Below, piece after piece: positions 28,091-37,810 of a stretch of 64,000 nt of DNA (its first letter is position 1; each line of letters starts with the position of its first letter). The position numbers and the translations under genes are program-made. Below the pieces are notes generated by a model, which saw nothing but the letters and a program-made list of their open reading frames with translations, was not told the origin of the DNA and ran no database searches. Origin of the DNA: a virus; IMG/VR virus record IMGVR_UViG_3300045988_126062, one strand, 5' to 3'.

Positions 28091-29791
28091 ATGACAACAA
28101 TTATGTACGTGTCAGCCATCTTAGCTGTAGTGATTATTTTGACAATCATCGGAGTCTTATCAAGGTATCGTAGATGTAAGCCTAATCAGGTCTTGGTCGT
28201 TTATGGTAAGACAGGTGGAGAGAAGAAATCGGCGAAATTATATCATGGTGGAGCAGCATTCGTGTTGCCTATTATCCAAAGCTATGATATTTTATCTATG
28301 GAGCCTATGCAAATAGATTGTAGGCTTACCGGTGCTTTGTCATCTCAGAATATTAGAGTAGATGTGCCTACAACTATTACAGTAGCTATCAGTACAAATC
28401 CTGAAATCATGCAAAATGCAGCAGAAAGACTTTTGGGGATGGATACCGAATCTACTGAAAATCTTATTACAGACATCGTTTACGGTCAGATGCGTTTGAT
28501 TATTGCCGAAATGACAATCGAAAAACTTAATTCTGATAGGGATGAGTTTTTGGATAAGGCAAGAAAAAACATTGATAACGAACTTAATAAATTGGGTCTT
28601 TATCTTTTGAACATTAACATCAGTGACATCAGAGATGAAGCCGGCTACATCATGAATCTTGGTAAAGAGGCTGAAAGCAAGGCTCTGAACGAAGCACAGG
28701 CTAATATCGAAGAACAGGAAAAGCTGGGTGCTATTAAGATTGCTGTACAACAGAAGGAAAAAGAAACGGCTGTAGCTAATACCCAAAAAGAGCAAGAGAT
28801 TCAAATTGCCTATACTGAAAAAGAAAAAGAAACGGTAGTAGCTGAAACAAAGAAAGAAAAAGAAGTAGCTTTGGCTTTAACCGATAAAGAAAAACAGATC
28901 GGTGTAGCTCAAGCCGATAGAGATAGGGCTGCGGCTATAGCAAAGACTTTGGCTGACAAGGGATCAGCGATTGCAAGATCTAAGGCGGAACTTGAAGTAA
29001 ACAAAGCTGAAGCCGAAAGAATGGAAGAAGTTGGAAAGAATAAAGCTGAAGCTGACAAACAAGCAGCTATAGCAATACAAGACTCTGAAGCTCAGATTAA
29101 GAAAGCTGAGGCTGAGAAAAATGCTTCTGTAGGCTACAACAATGCCCAGAAAGAGGTTGCTGTATCAGAATCAGAATTGCAGGTTATCAAAGCTCAATCA
29201 GAAAAGAAAGCCGGAGAAGAGAAAGTTAAATCGGAAGCGGCTGTGAAAACGGCAAAAGAGCTTGCTGATAAAGAAGTGGAAGAAGCTAAAGCTAAGAAGG
29301 TTCAAGCTGCGCTTAAAGCTGAAAAGATTGTGCCGGCTGAAATTCAGAAGCAGGAGGCTATGTTGCAAGCTGATGCCGAGGCCGAGAAGATCAAACGCCG
29401 GGCCGATGCTGAAGCAGCAGCACATTTGGCAAAAGCAGAGGCGGAAGCAAAAGCTATTCAGATGAAGCTGGAAGCGGAAGCCGAAGGTAAGAAAAAGTCG
29501 TTGATGGCAGAAGCCGACGGATTTAAGGCTATGGTGGAAGCAGCAGAATCCAATCCTCAGATCGCCATCCAGTACAAGATGGTTAATCAGTGGAAAGAAA
29601 TTGCTGGAGAACAGGTTAAGGCGTTCGAGCACATCAATCTCGGAAATATCACGGTATTTGACGGCGGTCAGAACAGCACCGGTAATTTCCTTAACAATGT
29701 TGTTAAGGCCGTTGCTCCGGCATTGGGAGTCATTGATCAGCTTCCGATTGCAGATACTTTAAAGAAGTTAAAAGGAGATGACAAAAAATAA
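28091..29791 (+). CDS. SPFH/band-7 flotillin-like protein (N-terminal TM, SPFH domain, long EA/KE-repeat coiled coil), 566 aa
   Basis: YGQMRLIIAEMTIEKLNSDRDEF SPFH core; AEAEAKA-type repeats. Confidence 0.75.
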   Translation: MTTIMYVSAILAVVIILTIIGVLSRYRRCKPNQVLVVYGKTGGEKKSAKLYHGGAAFVLPIIQSYDILSMEPMQIDCRLTGALSSQNIRVDVPTTITVAISTNPEIMQNAAERLLGMDTESTENLITDIVYGQMRLIIAEMTIEKLNSDRDEFLDKARKNIDNELNKLGLYLLNINISDIRDEAGYIMNLGKEAESKALNEAQANIEEQEKLGAIKIAVQQKEKETAVANTQKEQEIQIAYTEKEKETVVAETKKEKEVALALTDKEKQIGVAQADRDRAAAIAKTLADKGSAIARSKAELEVNKAEAERMEEVGKNKAEADKQAAIAIQDSEAQIKKAEAEKNASVGYNNAQKEVAVSESELQVIKAQSEKKAGEEKVKSEAAVKTAKELADKEVEEAKAKKVQAALKAEKIVPAEIQKQEAMLQADAEAEKIKRRADAEAAAHLAKAEAEAKAIQMKLEAEAEGKKKSLMAEADGFKAMVEAAESNPQIAIQYKMVNQWKEIAGEQVKAFEHINLGNITVFDGGQNSTGNFLNNVVKAVAPALGVIDQLPIADTLKKLKGDDKK

Positions 29792-29798
29792 ATACAAT

Positions 29799-29830
29799 GG
29801 CCCAAGGTTACACTTGGGCCTAATTGAAGA
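29799..29830. terminator. Perfect 8-bp hairpin GGCCCAAG-gttaca-CTTGGGCC after the flotillin gene; the T-run is on the minus-strand side
   Basis: Inverted repeat read in sequence. Confidence 0.35.
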
Positions 29831-29999
29831 AGCAAAAGCAGCATTTATAGATTTCCTGCCGGCAGGGACAGTGCTTTACTAATTATAATATTTTTAACAT
29901 GGATTTTGGACAAGATTTAGAACCAGAAGAACTGACCGGGCATTATGATCGGTGTTATAACCCCAAATAGTATTAACCCAATATAATTCTATTATAAAA

Positions 30000-30268
30000 G
30001 TTTAATACATCTCTTTCAGAGATCGGGTTATTAGCCTAAGCCTTGAAACAGAGGCTACGTTATTTGAGAATAAATAGTTACCAAGGAATGTTTATCCAAG
30101 TTTCTTGCTCTAAGGATGGTGATTAAACAGGAGTAGTGTATTTGACGAAACAGTGTTGCCATTATATAAAACCTCTTATAACATTGGCGATGGGTACTTA
30201 CAGGAGAAATCATGACTTATCCCTAACGGGATTTACATCTACCAAGGAGACCGGAAGGTCTCCGAGGG
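30000..30268 (+). ncRNA. Orphan omega-RNA-like scaffold, copy B (no adjacent IscB): distinct 5' guide-like sequence, scaffold from 30020, 3' end replaced by GGAGACC-ggaa-GGTCTCC hairpin (30246-30263)
   Basis: Aligns with copies A and C over ~170 nt; stems retained through compensatory changes (GTGTT/AACAC vs GCCT/AGGC; CTAC/GTAG vs CAAG/CTTG). Confidence 0.6.
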
Positions 30269-30320
30269 GATGTATTAAAACATATGAATAGCTTTAAATA
30301 TATTTAATAGAATATGAGAT

Positions 30321-30668
30321 ATGGAATTGATTTTGAAACAGAAGAAGAGGAGGATGAAGAGTATGACTGATGAGGAATTTGCATTAGATAATAAGAAAAA
30401 GGTTGTTGTAAGAAAAAGAATATCCTATTTAAACAAAGGGGATAAAGTGTGGATCGTGTCTTCCGACGGGTATCTGCTACACACGGACGTGGTTAGAGCC
30501 GACCGAGGCCGATCTTATGTGGATATAGACGGGATACTGTATTGGAAACGTGGATTGGATGGCAAACATCGTAATCGTAACAACTACATGCAGTTCGCCA
30601 TGACACCAGAAGATGGTAAGAAGTATGTCGTATATTACCCGGAAGGATTTAAAGACGATAGCTTATGA
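30321..30668 (+). CDS. Hypothetical protein (115 aa)
   Basis: ORF track. Confidence 0.45.
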   Translation: MELILKQKKRRMKSMTDEEFALDNKKKVVVRKRISYLNKGDKVWIVSSDGYLLHTDVVRADRGRSYVDIDGILYWKRGLDGKHRNRNNYMQFAMTPEDGKKYVVYYPEGFKDDSL

Positions 30669-31684
30669 TGGTCCCGGAAACGCATTTGCTATATAAGGAG
30701 TTTAATGGTGTGAAACGTCTTGCCATATCTTATTCCCAGATAGATACGTTTCTTACTTGTCCAATGAAATGGTATAAGACTTATGTGGAAGGTAAAAGGT
30801 CTACAGAAAAACAAGAAGCTACGTCTTATGGTACGGTTATTCATAAGACACTGGAATACTTCTTCAAGAACGGAAGACAGCCTTCTGGCAAAGACCTGGG
30901 GGAAGCTATAAGTTACTATGCTTACCAAGAAGACATACCTTGGCAATCACCGGAAAATATGATGATAGCCATGAAACAATCTGGAGAACTTCTTGCTTGG
31001 ATTGTGGATCTGTTTAAAAAAGACGGGAATAGGTTTATGATAGCTGATAGTGATCTTAATCCCTGTGAAAAACTTATCAGACACGGCGCTATAGTTGGAG
31101 TCGAAGAAGATTTTGTGCTGCCGTATCGTCTTCCTAAGCCTGTTGATATAAATGGTGACGTTCATACACATGTGTACATAGTAGGATCGGTAGACCTTCA
31201 TCTGGCTATAAAAAGCAAGAACGTAGTTCACCATTATGTCATAGATTGGAAATCAGGAAATAAGGTTTTTGATTCTAAGAAATTGGAAACGAATTTACAG
31301 CATCCTATATATTCATTTTACATCTATAGAAAATATGGTGGAGTTCTACCAGATATGAACATCTATTTCTTTACCAGAACCAGACAATACCAAAAGGTTA
31401 AGGTGGATGAGGAACGTAAGACAAAATCTATAGAGATGCTAAATGACACTTTGTCTAAAATGTATGATTTTGAAGATAATAGTGTAAAATCATTTCAAGC
31501 GTACATCCAGGGAGCAGAAGGAGCCAGGTATAGCAAGCGGCGTGCCACCCTAAGCCAGCCTGTTCCGCAAAACAAGCTACCCTGCCCGTCAGCACTGTGT
31601 TACTATTGTGACTTTGGATTACATAACAAAAACGAATGCCCTTTCTCTTCGGATTGGGATCCGTCTAAAAAGATAAAACGATGA
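30665..31684 (+). CDS. Cas4/RecB-family PD-(D/E)xK exonuclease with Fe-S-type cysteines (one N-terminal, cluster at C-terminus), 339 aa
   Basis: ISYSQIDTFLTCPMKWY, GTVIHKTLE, GSVDLHL, VIDWKSG (D-x-K), QHPIYSFY (QxxxY), CPSALCYYC...C. Confidence 0.7.
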   Translation: MMVPETHLLYKEFNGVKRLAISYSQIDTFLTCPMKWYKTYVEGKRSTEKQEATSYGTVIHKTLEYFFKNGRQPSGKDLGEAISYYAYQEDIPWQSPENMMIAMKQSGELLAWIVDLFKKDGNRFMIADSDLNPCEKLIRHGAIVGVEEDFVLPYRLPKPVDINGDVHTHVYIVGSVDLHLAIKSKNVVHHYVIDWKSGNKVFDSKKLETNLQHPIYSFYIYRKYGGVLPDMNIYFFTRTRQYQKVKVDEERKTKSIEMLNDTLSKMYDFEDNSVKSFQAYIQGAEGARYSKRRATLSQPVPQNKLPCPSALCYYCDFGLHNKNECPFSSDWDPSKKIKR

Positions 31685-31850
31685 AATACGAGGACGTTCA
31701 AAAGTTAAGAACAAAATACCGGCAAGATCCGGAAGTTATAAACGTAGAATACATGAGAGACGTTGCTGTAAGATGTGGGAATTTCAAGAAAGCATTTGAA
31801 CTTCAGGAGAAGCTGGAGGATATATGGTTTAACTACTTAAAGGGAGTCCA

Positions 31851-32180
31851 ATGAAAGAAGATCTAATATGTGGAGTAGCGATCCTTTTGTATTTAGTTTT
31901 ATTATACTTGCTCACGACAGCTTTCATAAAAACAGGTAGAGCAGTAGATCGTTATAAGATGAAGAAGAAAACTGACAAAATCAAAGTAGGTCAAAGATAC
32001 GAACATAAGAACTACTTTGAGGATCCATTTGAAAGAGGCAAGCATGTGATTAAGATATTAGACATAAAAGAAGGGTACGTTCTATATGAGTACGAAGAAA
32101 AACCATATATACGTTCTTCTGTGAGTCTTGAAGATATTGTTAAAAAATACATTTTAATTACTGATGTTAAACACAAGTAA
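31851..32180 (+). CDS. Hypothetical protein with N-terminal TM segment (109 aa)
   Basis: ORF track. Confidence 0.4.
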   Translation: MKEDLICGVAILLYLVLLYLLTTAFIKTGRAVDRYKMKKKTDKIKVGQRYEHKNYFEDPFERGKHVIKILDIKEGYVLYEYEEKPYIRSSVSLEDIVKKYILITDVKHK

Positions 32181-32183
32181 GTC

Positions 32184-32561
32184 ATGAAAAAAGAAGTCAC
32201 AATCAAGGAAGATATGGCTGTGTTTTATAAAAATACAGGAAAAGAACTATGGATTTATAACGGACTTTTCAGAAACAAGGTGTTGTCTATAAAAAAAGAT
32301 AAAGCCATTATCATGTGTGAAACTGATGCTGAATATGCTGTACTGATAGAAGATAATCAGTTTATTGCCGTAGCAAAAAACATGGATTATGATTACTGCT
32401 GCGCATTCACATTAGGTAATGCCGAGGCTTATGGGGATCGTATGGGCATATCGTGCAGTGTATGCTTGCTTGAAGATAACGAAGATAAAGCAAGGGAGAT
32501 GTTGAAAGAGGCGATAATAGAACTTTCAAAAAACAGTAAAATAGATTGCGATGGGCTTTGA
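32184..32561 (+). CDS. Hypothetical protein (125 aa)
   Basis: ORF track. Confidence 0.45.
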   Translation: MKKEVTIKEDMAVFYKNTGKELWIYNGLFRNKVLSIKKDKAIIMCETDAEYAVLIEDNQFIAVAKNMDYDYCCAFTLGNAEAYGDRMGISCSVCLLEDNEDKAREMLKEAIIELSKNSKIDCDGL

Positions 32562-33972
32562 ACTTAGACCTTACCAAAAAGAGGCAGTAGATGCCGGGCT
32601 TAAGTTCCTTACAGGAAGATCTAAGAAGCCTGGCATAGAAGTCTTGCCGTGTGCAGCGGGGAAGTCTTTGATAATTAGCAAGATAGCTCATGAATTAAAA
32701 AGACCTATCCTTGTATTACAGCCATCTAAAGAGATTCTGGAGCAGAATTATGCGAAGGCTGTATCATTCGGTTCTAAACCTACCATATATTCTGCTTCAT
32801 GTAAAAAAAAAGAGTTATCGGCTATGACTTATGCTACACTTAAAAGCATAAAGAAAGACGTAGCAAGGTTGAAAGATATAGGGATAGACACATTATTGAT
32901 AGATGAGGTGCATAGCGGGTATTCTCCTGAAGAAGGTTCTGAATTTATGGAGTTTATGAACAGGTTCCCAGAGGCGAAGGTGCTGGGCTTCACCGCCACG
33001 CCCTGCCGCCTCCGGACCTACAGCTCCATGCTGGAAGGAAACTACAGCAAACTTAATATGCTGACGAAAGACGAGCATAATTTCTTTAAGAAGATAGTTC
33101 ATGTGACTCAAATACAAGAGCTAACTTCTCAGGGATTTTGGTGCCCTCTTAAGTACGAACGATGGTCGTTTGATGAATCGGCTCTGATATTAAACAGTAC
33201 CGGAGCCGAATATACCAACGAATCTATTAAAGAAAGCATCGTACGAAACGGCTTAAACAACTCTATCTACAAGCGCCTTCTTCAACTTATGAACGAGCGT
33301 AAAGCTATTTTGGTTTGCATGGATTCTATCGAATCATGTAATAGAATATCAGAGTTCATGAATGCCAGGATGGGAGCCATAACCGGTGTCGTAACATCGC
33401 TAACAACCAAAAAGAAAAGAGAGCAAATCATATCCGATTTCAAAGAAGGTAAGTTGAAGGTGGTTTTTAATTATTCAACGCTTGCTACCGGATTTGATTT
33501 TCCCGAACTTGATTGTGTGATGTTTGGACGACCAACATTCTCATATTCAACATATTACCAGGTGCTCGGCAGGTGCGTCCGCATCCATCCTGACAAGAAA
33601 GAGGCGCTGATAGTTGACTGCTGCGACAACATGAGGCGCTTTGGTCGGATAGAAGACCTGACAATCGAGCAATTCCCTTCTAAGGGCTGGTGTATGTTTG
33701 CCGGCGATCAACTTCTGTCTAATATAAGGATGGGTGATATTATTACCAAAGACGAGATCCTTCGTCGGGCAGCCTCGATTAAATCTGTGAATGGAGATGG
33801 TAGGAGAGAAGACGATCTTGACAGTATAATAATGTGGTTTGGAAAATATGAAGGAATTAGATTCAAGGACATACCGGTGTCGTATTTTAGGTTCTTGGCT
33901 GAGAATATGGCGGTAAAACCGGGAGATAGGAAAGAAAAGATTATCGAATATTATAATAGGATAAAAGCATGA
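32551..33972 (+). CDS. Superfamily-2 DEAH-box helicase (473 aa)
   Basis: Motif I PCAAGKSL, II LLIDEVHSG, III GFTATPCR, VI QVLGRCVRI. Confidence 0.8.
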   Translation: MGFELRPYQKEAVDAGLKFLTGRSKKPGIEVLPCAAGKSLIISKIAHELKRPILVLQPSKEILEQNYAKAVSFGSKPTIYSASCKKKELSAMTYATLKSIKKDVARLKDIGIDTLLIDEVHSGYSPEEGSEFMEFMNRFPEAKVLGFTATPCRLRTYSSMLEGNYSKLNMLTKDEHNFFKKIVHVTQIQELTSQGFWCPLKYERWSFDESALILNSTGAEYTNESIKESIVRNGLNNSIYKRLLQLMNERKAILVCMDSIESCNRISEFMNARMGAITGVVTSLTTKKKREQIISDFKEGKLKVVFNYSTLATGFDFPELDCVMFGRPTFSYSTYYQVLGRCVRIHPDKKEALIVDCCDNMRRFGRIEDLTIEQFPSKGWCMFAGDQLLSNIRMGDIITKDEILRRAASIKSVNGDGRREDDLDSIIMWFGKYEGIRFKDIPVSYFRFLAENMAVKPGDRKEKIIEYYNRIKA

Positions 33973-34331
33973 ACAGCAAAAGACGTAAGAAAATAGAGGA
34001 TATTATTTCCAATTTGGAAAAGCATAAAACAGATCTTGAGTTTATCAAATCAAAGCTGTTAGAGGTCAGGCATAATTTGGATTCAGCCAAGGATGATGTT
34101 GATATGATTTTAGACGAGGAGACAGAAGCAAGAGACAATATGCCGGAGTCATTACAAGATACAGAAAGATATTATCAATCAGATGAGGCTGTAGCTAATA
34201 TGGAGGCGGTTGTTGATGATATGGAAAGTATTGTAGGGGATTTAGAGAATGCGGTTTCAACCATTGATGATAAAATCGATGACATAGAAACTGGTATTAT
34301 AGGGAATTTAGAGGCAGCGATAGGCGCATAG
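33969..34331 (+). CDS. Hypothetical acidic coiled-coil protein (120 aa)
   Basis: ORF track. Confidence 0.45.
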   Translation: MNSKRRKKIEDIISNLEKHKTDLEFIKSKLLEVRHNLDSAKDDVDMILDEETEARDNMPESLQDTERYYQSDEAVANMEAVVDDMESIVGDLENAVSTIDDKIDDIETGIIGNLEAAIGA

Positions 34332-34378
34332 TATAAAAAATACAATAATAAAATTTAACACAGTATATTTGTATAAGT

Positions 34379-34415
34379 ATAATACGATACATATTTTTGT
34401 ATCGTATTATTTTTT
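34379..34415 (+). terminator. Rho-independent terminator: 12-bp stem ATAATACGATAC/GTATCGTATTAT, 8-nt loop, T6
   Basis: Read in sequence. Confidence 0.55.
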
Positions 34416-34429
34416 ATGTGTTATATTTT

Positions 34430-35164
34430 ATGAAAACAAATGTTACAATGGTATCAAAAGACCGAGAATTATTTGGCGTAATAATTAAGCAGGACACTAA
34501 AACTTCGTTTATGTCCTTAACAGACCTTCAGGAAGCCTATACGAAGAAGAGGGTTGAGATGGGGTGGAATGAAAAGAGAATAGAGAATATCCTATCTAAT
34601 AAGGAGAGTGCGGAACGTGTTTACTATATCCTTGAAAAACAAGGATATAAGATAGAATCAGGATTTCCTGGTTTTATACAATCTGTTGAAAAAGAGTCAC
34701 TTATAAAAGTGATGAAAAAAATGGGAGCTTATAAGACAATGGGTAGAGGAGAGAATAGGAGAACTATGTGTAATCCATATATATGGGTGCTTGTAGCTAT
34801 GGAACTAAACCCTATGTTGTATGCTGAGGTTGTTACGTGGTTAACAGATAAGCTTATCTTAAACCGAATAGAGGCAGGTGATAAATACAATGTCCTATCA
34901 AGAGCTATATCAAGATTTCCGGATGCCGATTACTCCAAGATGGCTAAAGGCTTAAATTGGATTGTATTTAATGAGCATGAAAGCATGATAAGAAATAGGG
35001 CTACACAGGAGCAGTTGAAAGAACTTGAAACCCTACAGTCTAATCTTGCATTCTGCATAGAGATGGGAACCATCTCTTCTTTCTCTAATTTAATGAACAT
35101 GATGAGATCTATATATGTAAAGAAATGGGGAGAAGAGGCTGTAACTTCTAAAAACGTAAAATAA
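34430..35164 (+). CDS. Hypothetical protein (start trimmed to the ATG at 34430, MKTNVTMVSKDRE...); possible N-terminal DNA-binding domain, not confirmed
   Basis: The ORF-track start at 34397 is a TTG inside the terminator hairpin. Confidence 0.5.
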   Translation: MKTNVTMVSKDRELFGVIIKQDTKTSFMSLTDLQEAYTKKRVEMGWNEKRIENILSNKESAERVYYILEKQGYKIESGFPGFIQSVEKESLIKVMKKMGAYKTMGRGENRRTMCNPYIWVLVAMELNPMLYAEVVTWLTDKLILNRIEAGDKYNVLSRAISRFPDADYSKMAKGLNWIVFNEHESMIRNRATQEQLKELETLQSNLAFCIEMGTISSFSNLMNMMRSIYVKKWGEEAVTSKNVK

Positions 35165-35165
35165 T

Positions 35166-35453
35166 ATGGGAGTAAAAGAAATAAGAGAACTACTTAGACT
35201 CTACAATCTCGAACATAGTGTCGTCCAGAACAAAAACTCTGGGCGGTATTCTATTATTCTCCATAACAACATCATAGGAACGAACGTAGATGGAGAGAAG
35301 GTAGTTGTGTTCAGAACCATTCCGGATGGAAGCAATACGTTCTCTATGGAGCGAAATAGATTCTATGAGGGGTTTGTAGAGGCTTTTGATGACGATAAGG
35401 CGATTGAAGCCGTAAAACAGTATTTTGAGAAAAACAGAAATGATAGGGTATAA
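35166..35453 (+). CDS. Hypothetical protein (95 aa)
   Basis: ORF track. Confidence 0.45.
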   Translation: MGVKEIRELLRLYNLEHSVVQNKNSGRYSIILHNNIIGTNVDGEKVVVFRTIPDGSNTFSMERNRFYEGFVEAFDDDKAIEAVKQYFEKNRNDRV

Positions 35454-35505
35454 GACGAAGATGGATTATATTGCTATCGAAATGAGGTAAAACAACGATA
35501 AAGCA

Positions 35506-36063
35506 ATGGAAAAGATGGATGATAATACTAAAAATATCCTTTATCCAAAAGGATCTATTTTTCGCATATTAAAAGATGATATAATCAGTGCCGAATTTAA
35601 AATCGTCAAAGGAGCTATAGCGGAGGCAGTATCAGACATAGAAGTAAATGATAAATATGCTGAGGTTTGTTGCAATGGGGAGACGTTCGTCATAGAAACG
35701 GATATTATGGATATTATTCTTACCAAAGACCCCATAGAAAACAAATCGGTGAAAAATGACATCATTGATGATAAACTACGATGGGATTTGCTTCCAATGG
35801 AAGAGATTGAGGATATTGTAAGAGTCTATCATGCTGGTGCAAAGAAGTACGGACCCAATAAATGGCAGAACCTTGACAACGGGTTTGAACGGTATCGTGC
35901 TGCGGCTGCCAGACACCTAATGGAATACATGAAAGGGGAAAGAGTGGATTCCGATACAGGATGTTTTCATCTTGCACAATGTGCATGGAACTGTATAGCT
36001 ATGCTGTGGTATGATAAGCATGGAAAAGGGTTGATACCATTAAACAAGGAGGAAAAGAAATGA
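35506..36063 (+). CDS. Hypothetical protein (185 aa); C-terminal all-alpha region with an EExxE-like motif, faintly MazG-like
   Basis: MEEIEDIVRVYHAGAKKYG...ERYRAAAARHLMEY; weak. Confidence 0.45.
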   Translation: MEKMDDNTKNILYPKGSIFRILKDDIISAEFKIVKGAIAEAVSDIEVNDKYAEVCCNGETFVIETDIMDIILTKDPIENKSVKNDIIDDKLRWDLLPMEEIEDIVRVYHAGAKKYGPNKWQNLDNGFERYRAAAARHLMEYMKGERVDSDTGCFHLAQCAWNCIAMLWYDKHGKGLIPLNKEEKK

Positions 36064-36371
36064 CAATAGAACAACTAAATTATTTATTAAGAAAAGAGCT
36101 TTATGCTATAAAAAACCATAAAGACAATATTGATAGAATCAAAAAAGAATACTTTGATTCCAATTATGGGTTAAAAGAAGGAGATAAGATCCGTATTTTA
36201 CACGAAACAGGAGATGAAATGATAGGCTTCTTGAAAAAAGTTGAAGTATGTGAAGACGGAGATCTGTACTTGACAATCCAAAAACAAAACGAAAAAGGTG
36301 ACAGAGGCAGAGGAAAATGGAATATGTATCTATCATCAAAATTAATTAAAATAGAAAAATTATTAGATTAG
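36060..36371 (+). CDS. Hypothetical protein (103 aa)
   Basis: ORF track. Confidence 0.45.
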   Translation: MTIEQLNYLLRKELYAIKNHKDNIDRIKKEYFDSNYGLKEGDKIRILHETGDEMIGFLKKVEVCEDGDLYLTIQKQNEKGDRGRGKWNMYLSSKLIKIEKLLD

Positions 36372-36378
36372 CAACGAT

Positions 36379-36909
36379 ATGATTAGAGCAAGATTTTACA
36401 TTAAAAAATCCGACTGCGACAACGACTACCGTCCAGTCAAATGGCCTATAAAATATCCATATTGGTGTAGTGCAGAATCCGATAATTCATTTGTATTGGT
36501 AGCGTATGCTGAAGATGAAGACAGCATAAAAGAACTGTGGCCGGAGGCGTATGATATTAATGTCTTAGAGAAAGATACCGAAATTAGATTCACATTAAGA
36601 TTCCCTAAGCCGGAATGGTATGAATTGTACGAAAGGGAATTAGAAGAATGTGATAGATTTATATGGGTTACGGATGCGTGCCTGAGAAACGGTATAATAA
36701 GAAAAGTAAAAGCTAAAATAGAAGAGTATGGTGGTCTTTTGTTAGCCGACATCCCTGATAGGTTCACTCCTTATGAAATAGGAATGGATGCTTTTGAGAG
36801 CAAAGAAGAAGCTTTAAAACATGCAGAGGAACGGAGAGCGCACCTGATCGAATTTATTAAGAAAAAATTGAATGAACTTGAAAATCTAAAATTTGAATGC
36901 GATGATTAA
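36379..36909 (+). CDS. Hypothetical protein (176 aa)
   Basis: ORF track. Confidence 0.5.
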   Translation: MIRARFYIKKSDCDNDYRPVKWPIKYPYWCSAESDNSFVLVAYAEDEDSIKELWPEAYDINVLEKDTEIRFTLRFPKPEWYELYERELEECDRFIWVTDACLRNGIIRKVKAKIEEYGGLLLADIPDRFTPYEIGMDAFESKEEALKHAEERRAHLIEFIKKKLNELENLKFECDD

Positions 36910-37615
36910 CTATGCAGCAAAAGCCAGAAAAGCTTATTTGATAAACAATTTCGATAAGATTCTTAACAGTCTTAACACGCTTCATTCAACGGTTGAGACC
37001 ATGACGTTATTCGTAAACGACCAGGCTTATAATTACATTCTTAAACTAAAGGAAATAATTAAAACCAGTCCTATGTATAAGCACAATATCAAGCGTCTTT
37101 TAAATGATATGGACAAAGAGATAAAGAGGTACAATGCTTCTATCTACTACATAAATAAAGAGCGTAGTGAGGTTATAGCTGATATAACACAAGCGATGGA
37201 GGATTGCCTCATGCCATACATAGACGACCTGGCCGGCGCTATAAGGGCAGCCGTGTGGTCGAGGGGTGTGTCCGAGGAGCGGACGGAAGCGGCGGTACTG
37301 TCCCTAATCGTATCCTCCTTGGCCACGACATCAGGCAGACTTATCTCAGGTGGATATCAGATCATGAAAGAAATGGGTGGTGGCTGGGGTGGTAATCCAT
37401 TTACGTTTATGAGCATTGATAAGATAAGACACTTATCTACATCATTATCTGATGCTATTACCGGTAGGGAAATAGCTCTTGAAGAAAAAGAAGCCAATGA
37501 TATAACTAAGGCAATGGATGTTTTTATTGAGAAAATGTCTGATTCGGATATTGTTGATAAGGTGATCAGCATACTCGAAGAGGCAGAATCTAAAAATAAG
37601 GAGGAGCGATCGTGA
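36893..37615 (+). CDS. Hypothetical protein (240 aa)
   Basis: ORF track. Confidence 0.5.
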   Translation: MNAMINYAAKARKAYLINNFDKILNSLNTLHSTVETMTLFVNDQAYNYILKLKEIIKTSPMYKHNIKRLLNDMDKEIKRYNASIYYINKERSEVIADITQAMEDCLMPYIDDLAGAIRAAVWSRGVSEERTEAAVLSLIVSSLATTSGRLISGGYQIMKEMGGGWGGNPFTFMSIDKIRHLSTSLSDAITGREIALEEKEANDITKAMDVFIEKMSDSDIVDKVISILEEAESKNKEERS

Positions 37616-37803
37616 ATTATTTGGATGGGTATGTAGAAGAGATTCTTTCTGAGCCGTACTATGATGATTATGGCTCTGGAATTTTTAGGTGGTGGGTGGA
37701 AGTATCTTACATTTGTGAAGGTACAGAATCAACTACTATCTTAATGTTTGATACGAGAGAAGAAGCGGAAGCTGTAAAAACAGGTTATAAATTTTTATGT
37801 TGA
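37612..37803 (+). CDS. Hypothetical protein (63 aa)
   Basis: ORF track. Confidence 0.35.
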   Translation: MNYLDGYVEEILSEPYYDDYGSGIFRWWVEVSYICEGTESTTILMFDTREEAEAVKTGYKFLC

Positions 37804-37810
37804 AAATAAT

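Noticed and set aside
34392-34399. TATTTTTG promoter-like box
   Set aside because: It lies inside the loop of the 12-bp-stem terminator hairpin at 34379-34415, so it is probably part of the terminator rather than a promoter.
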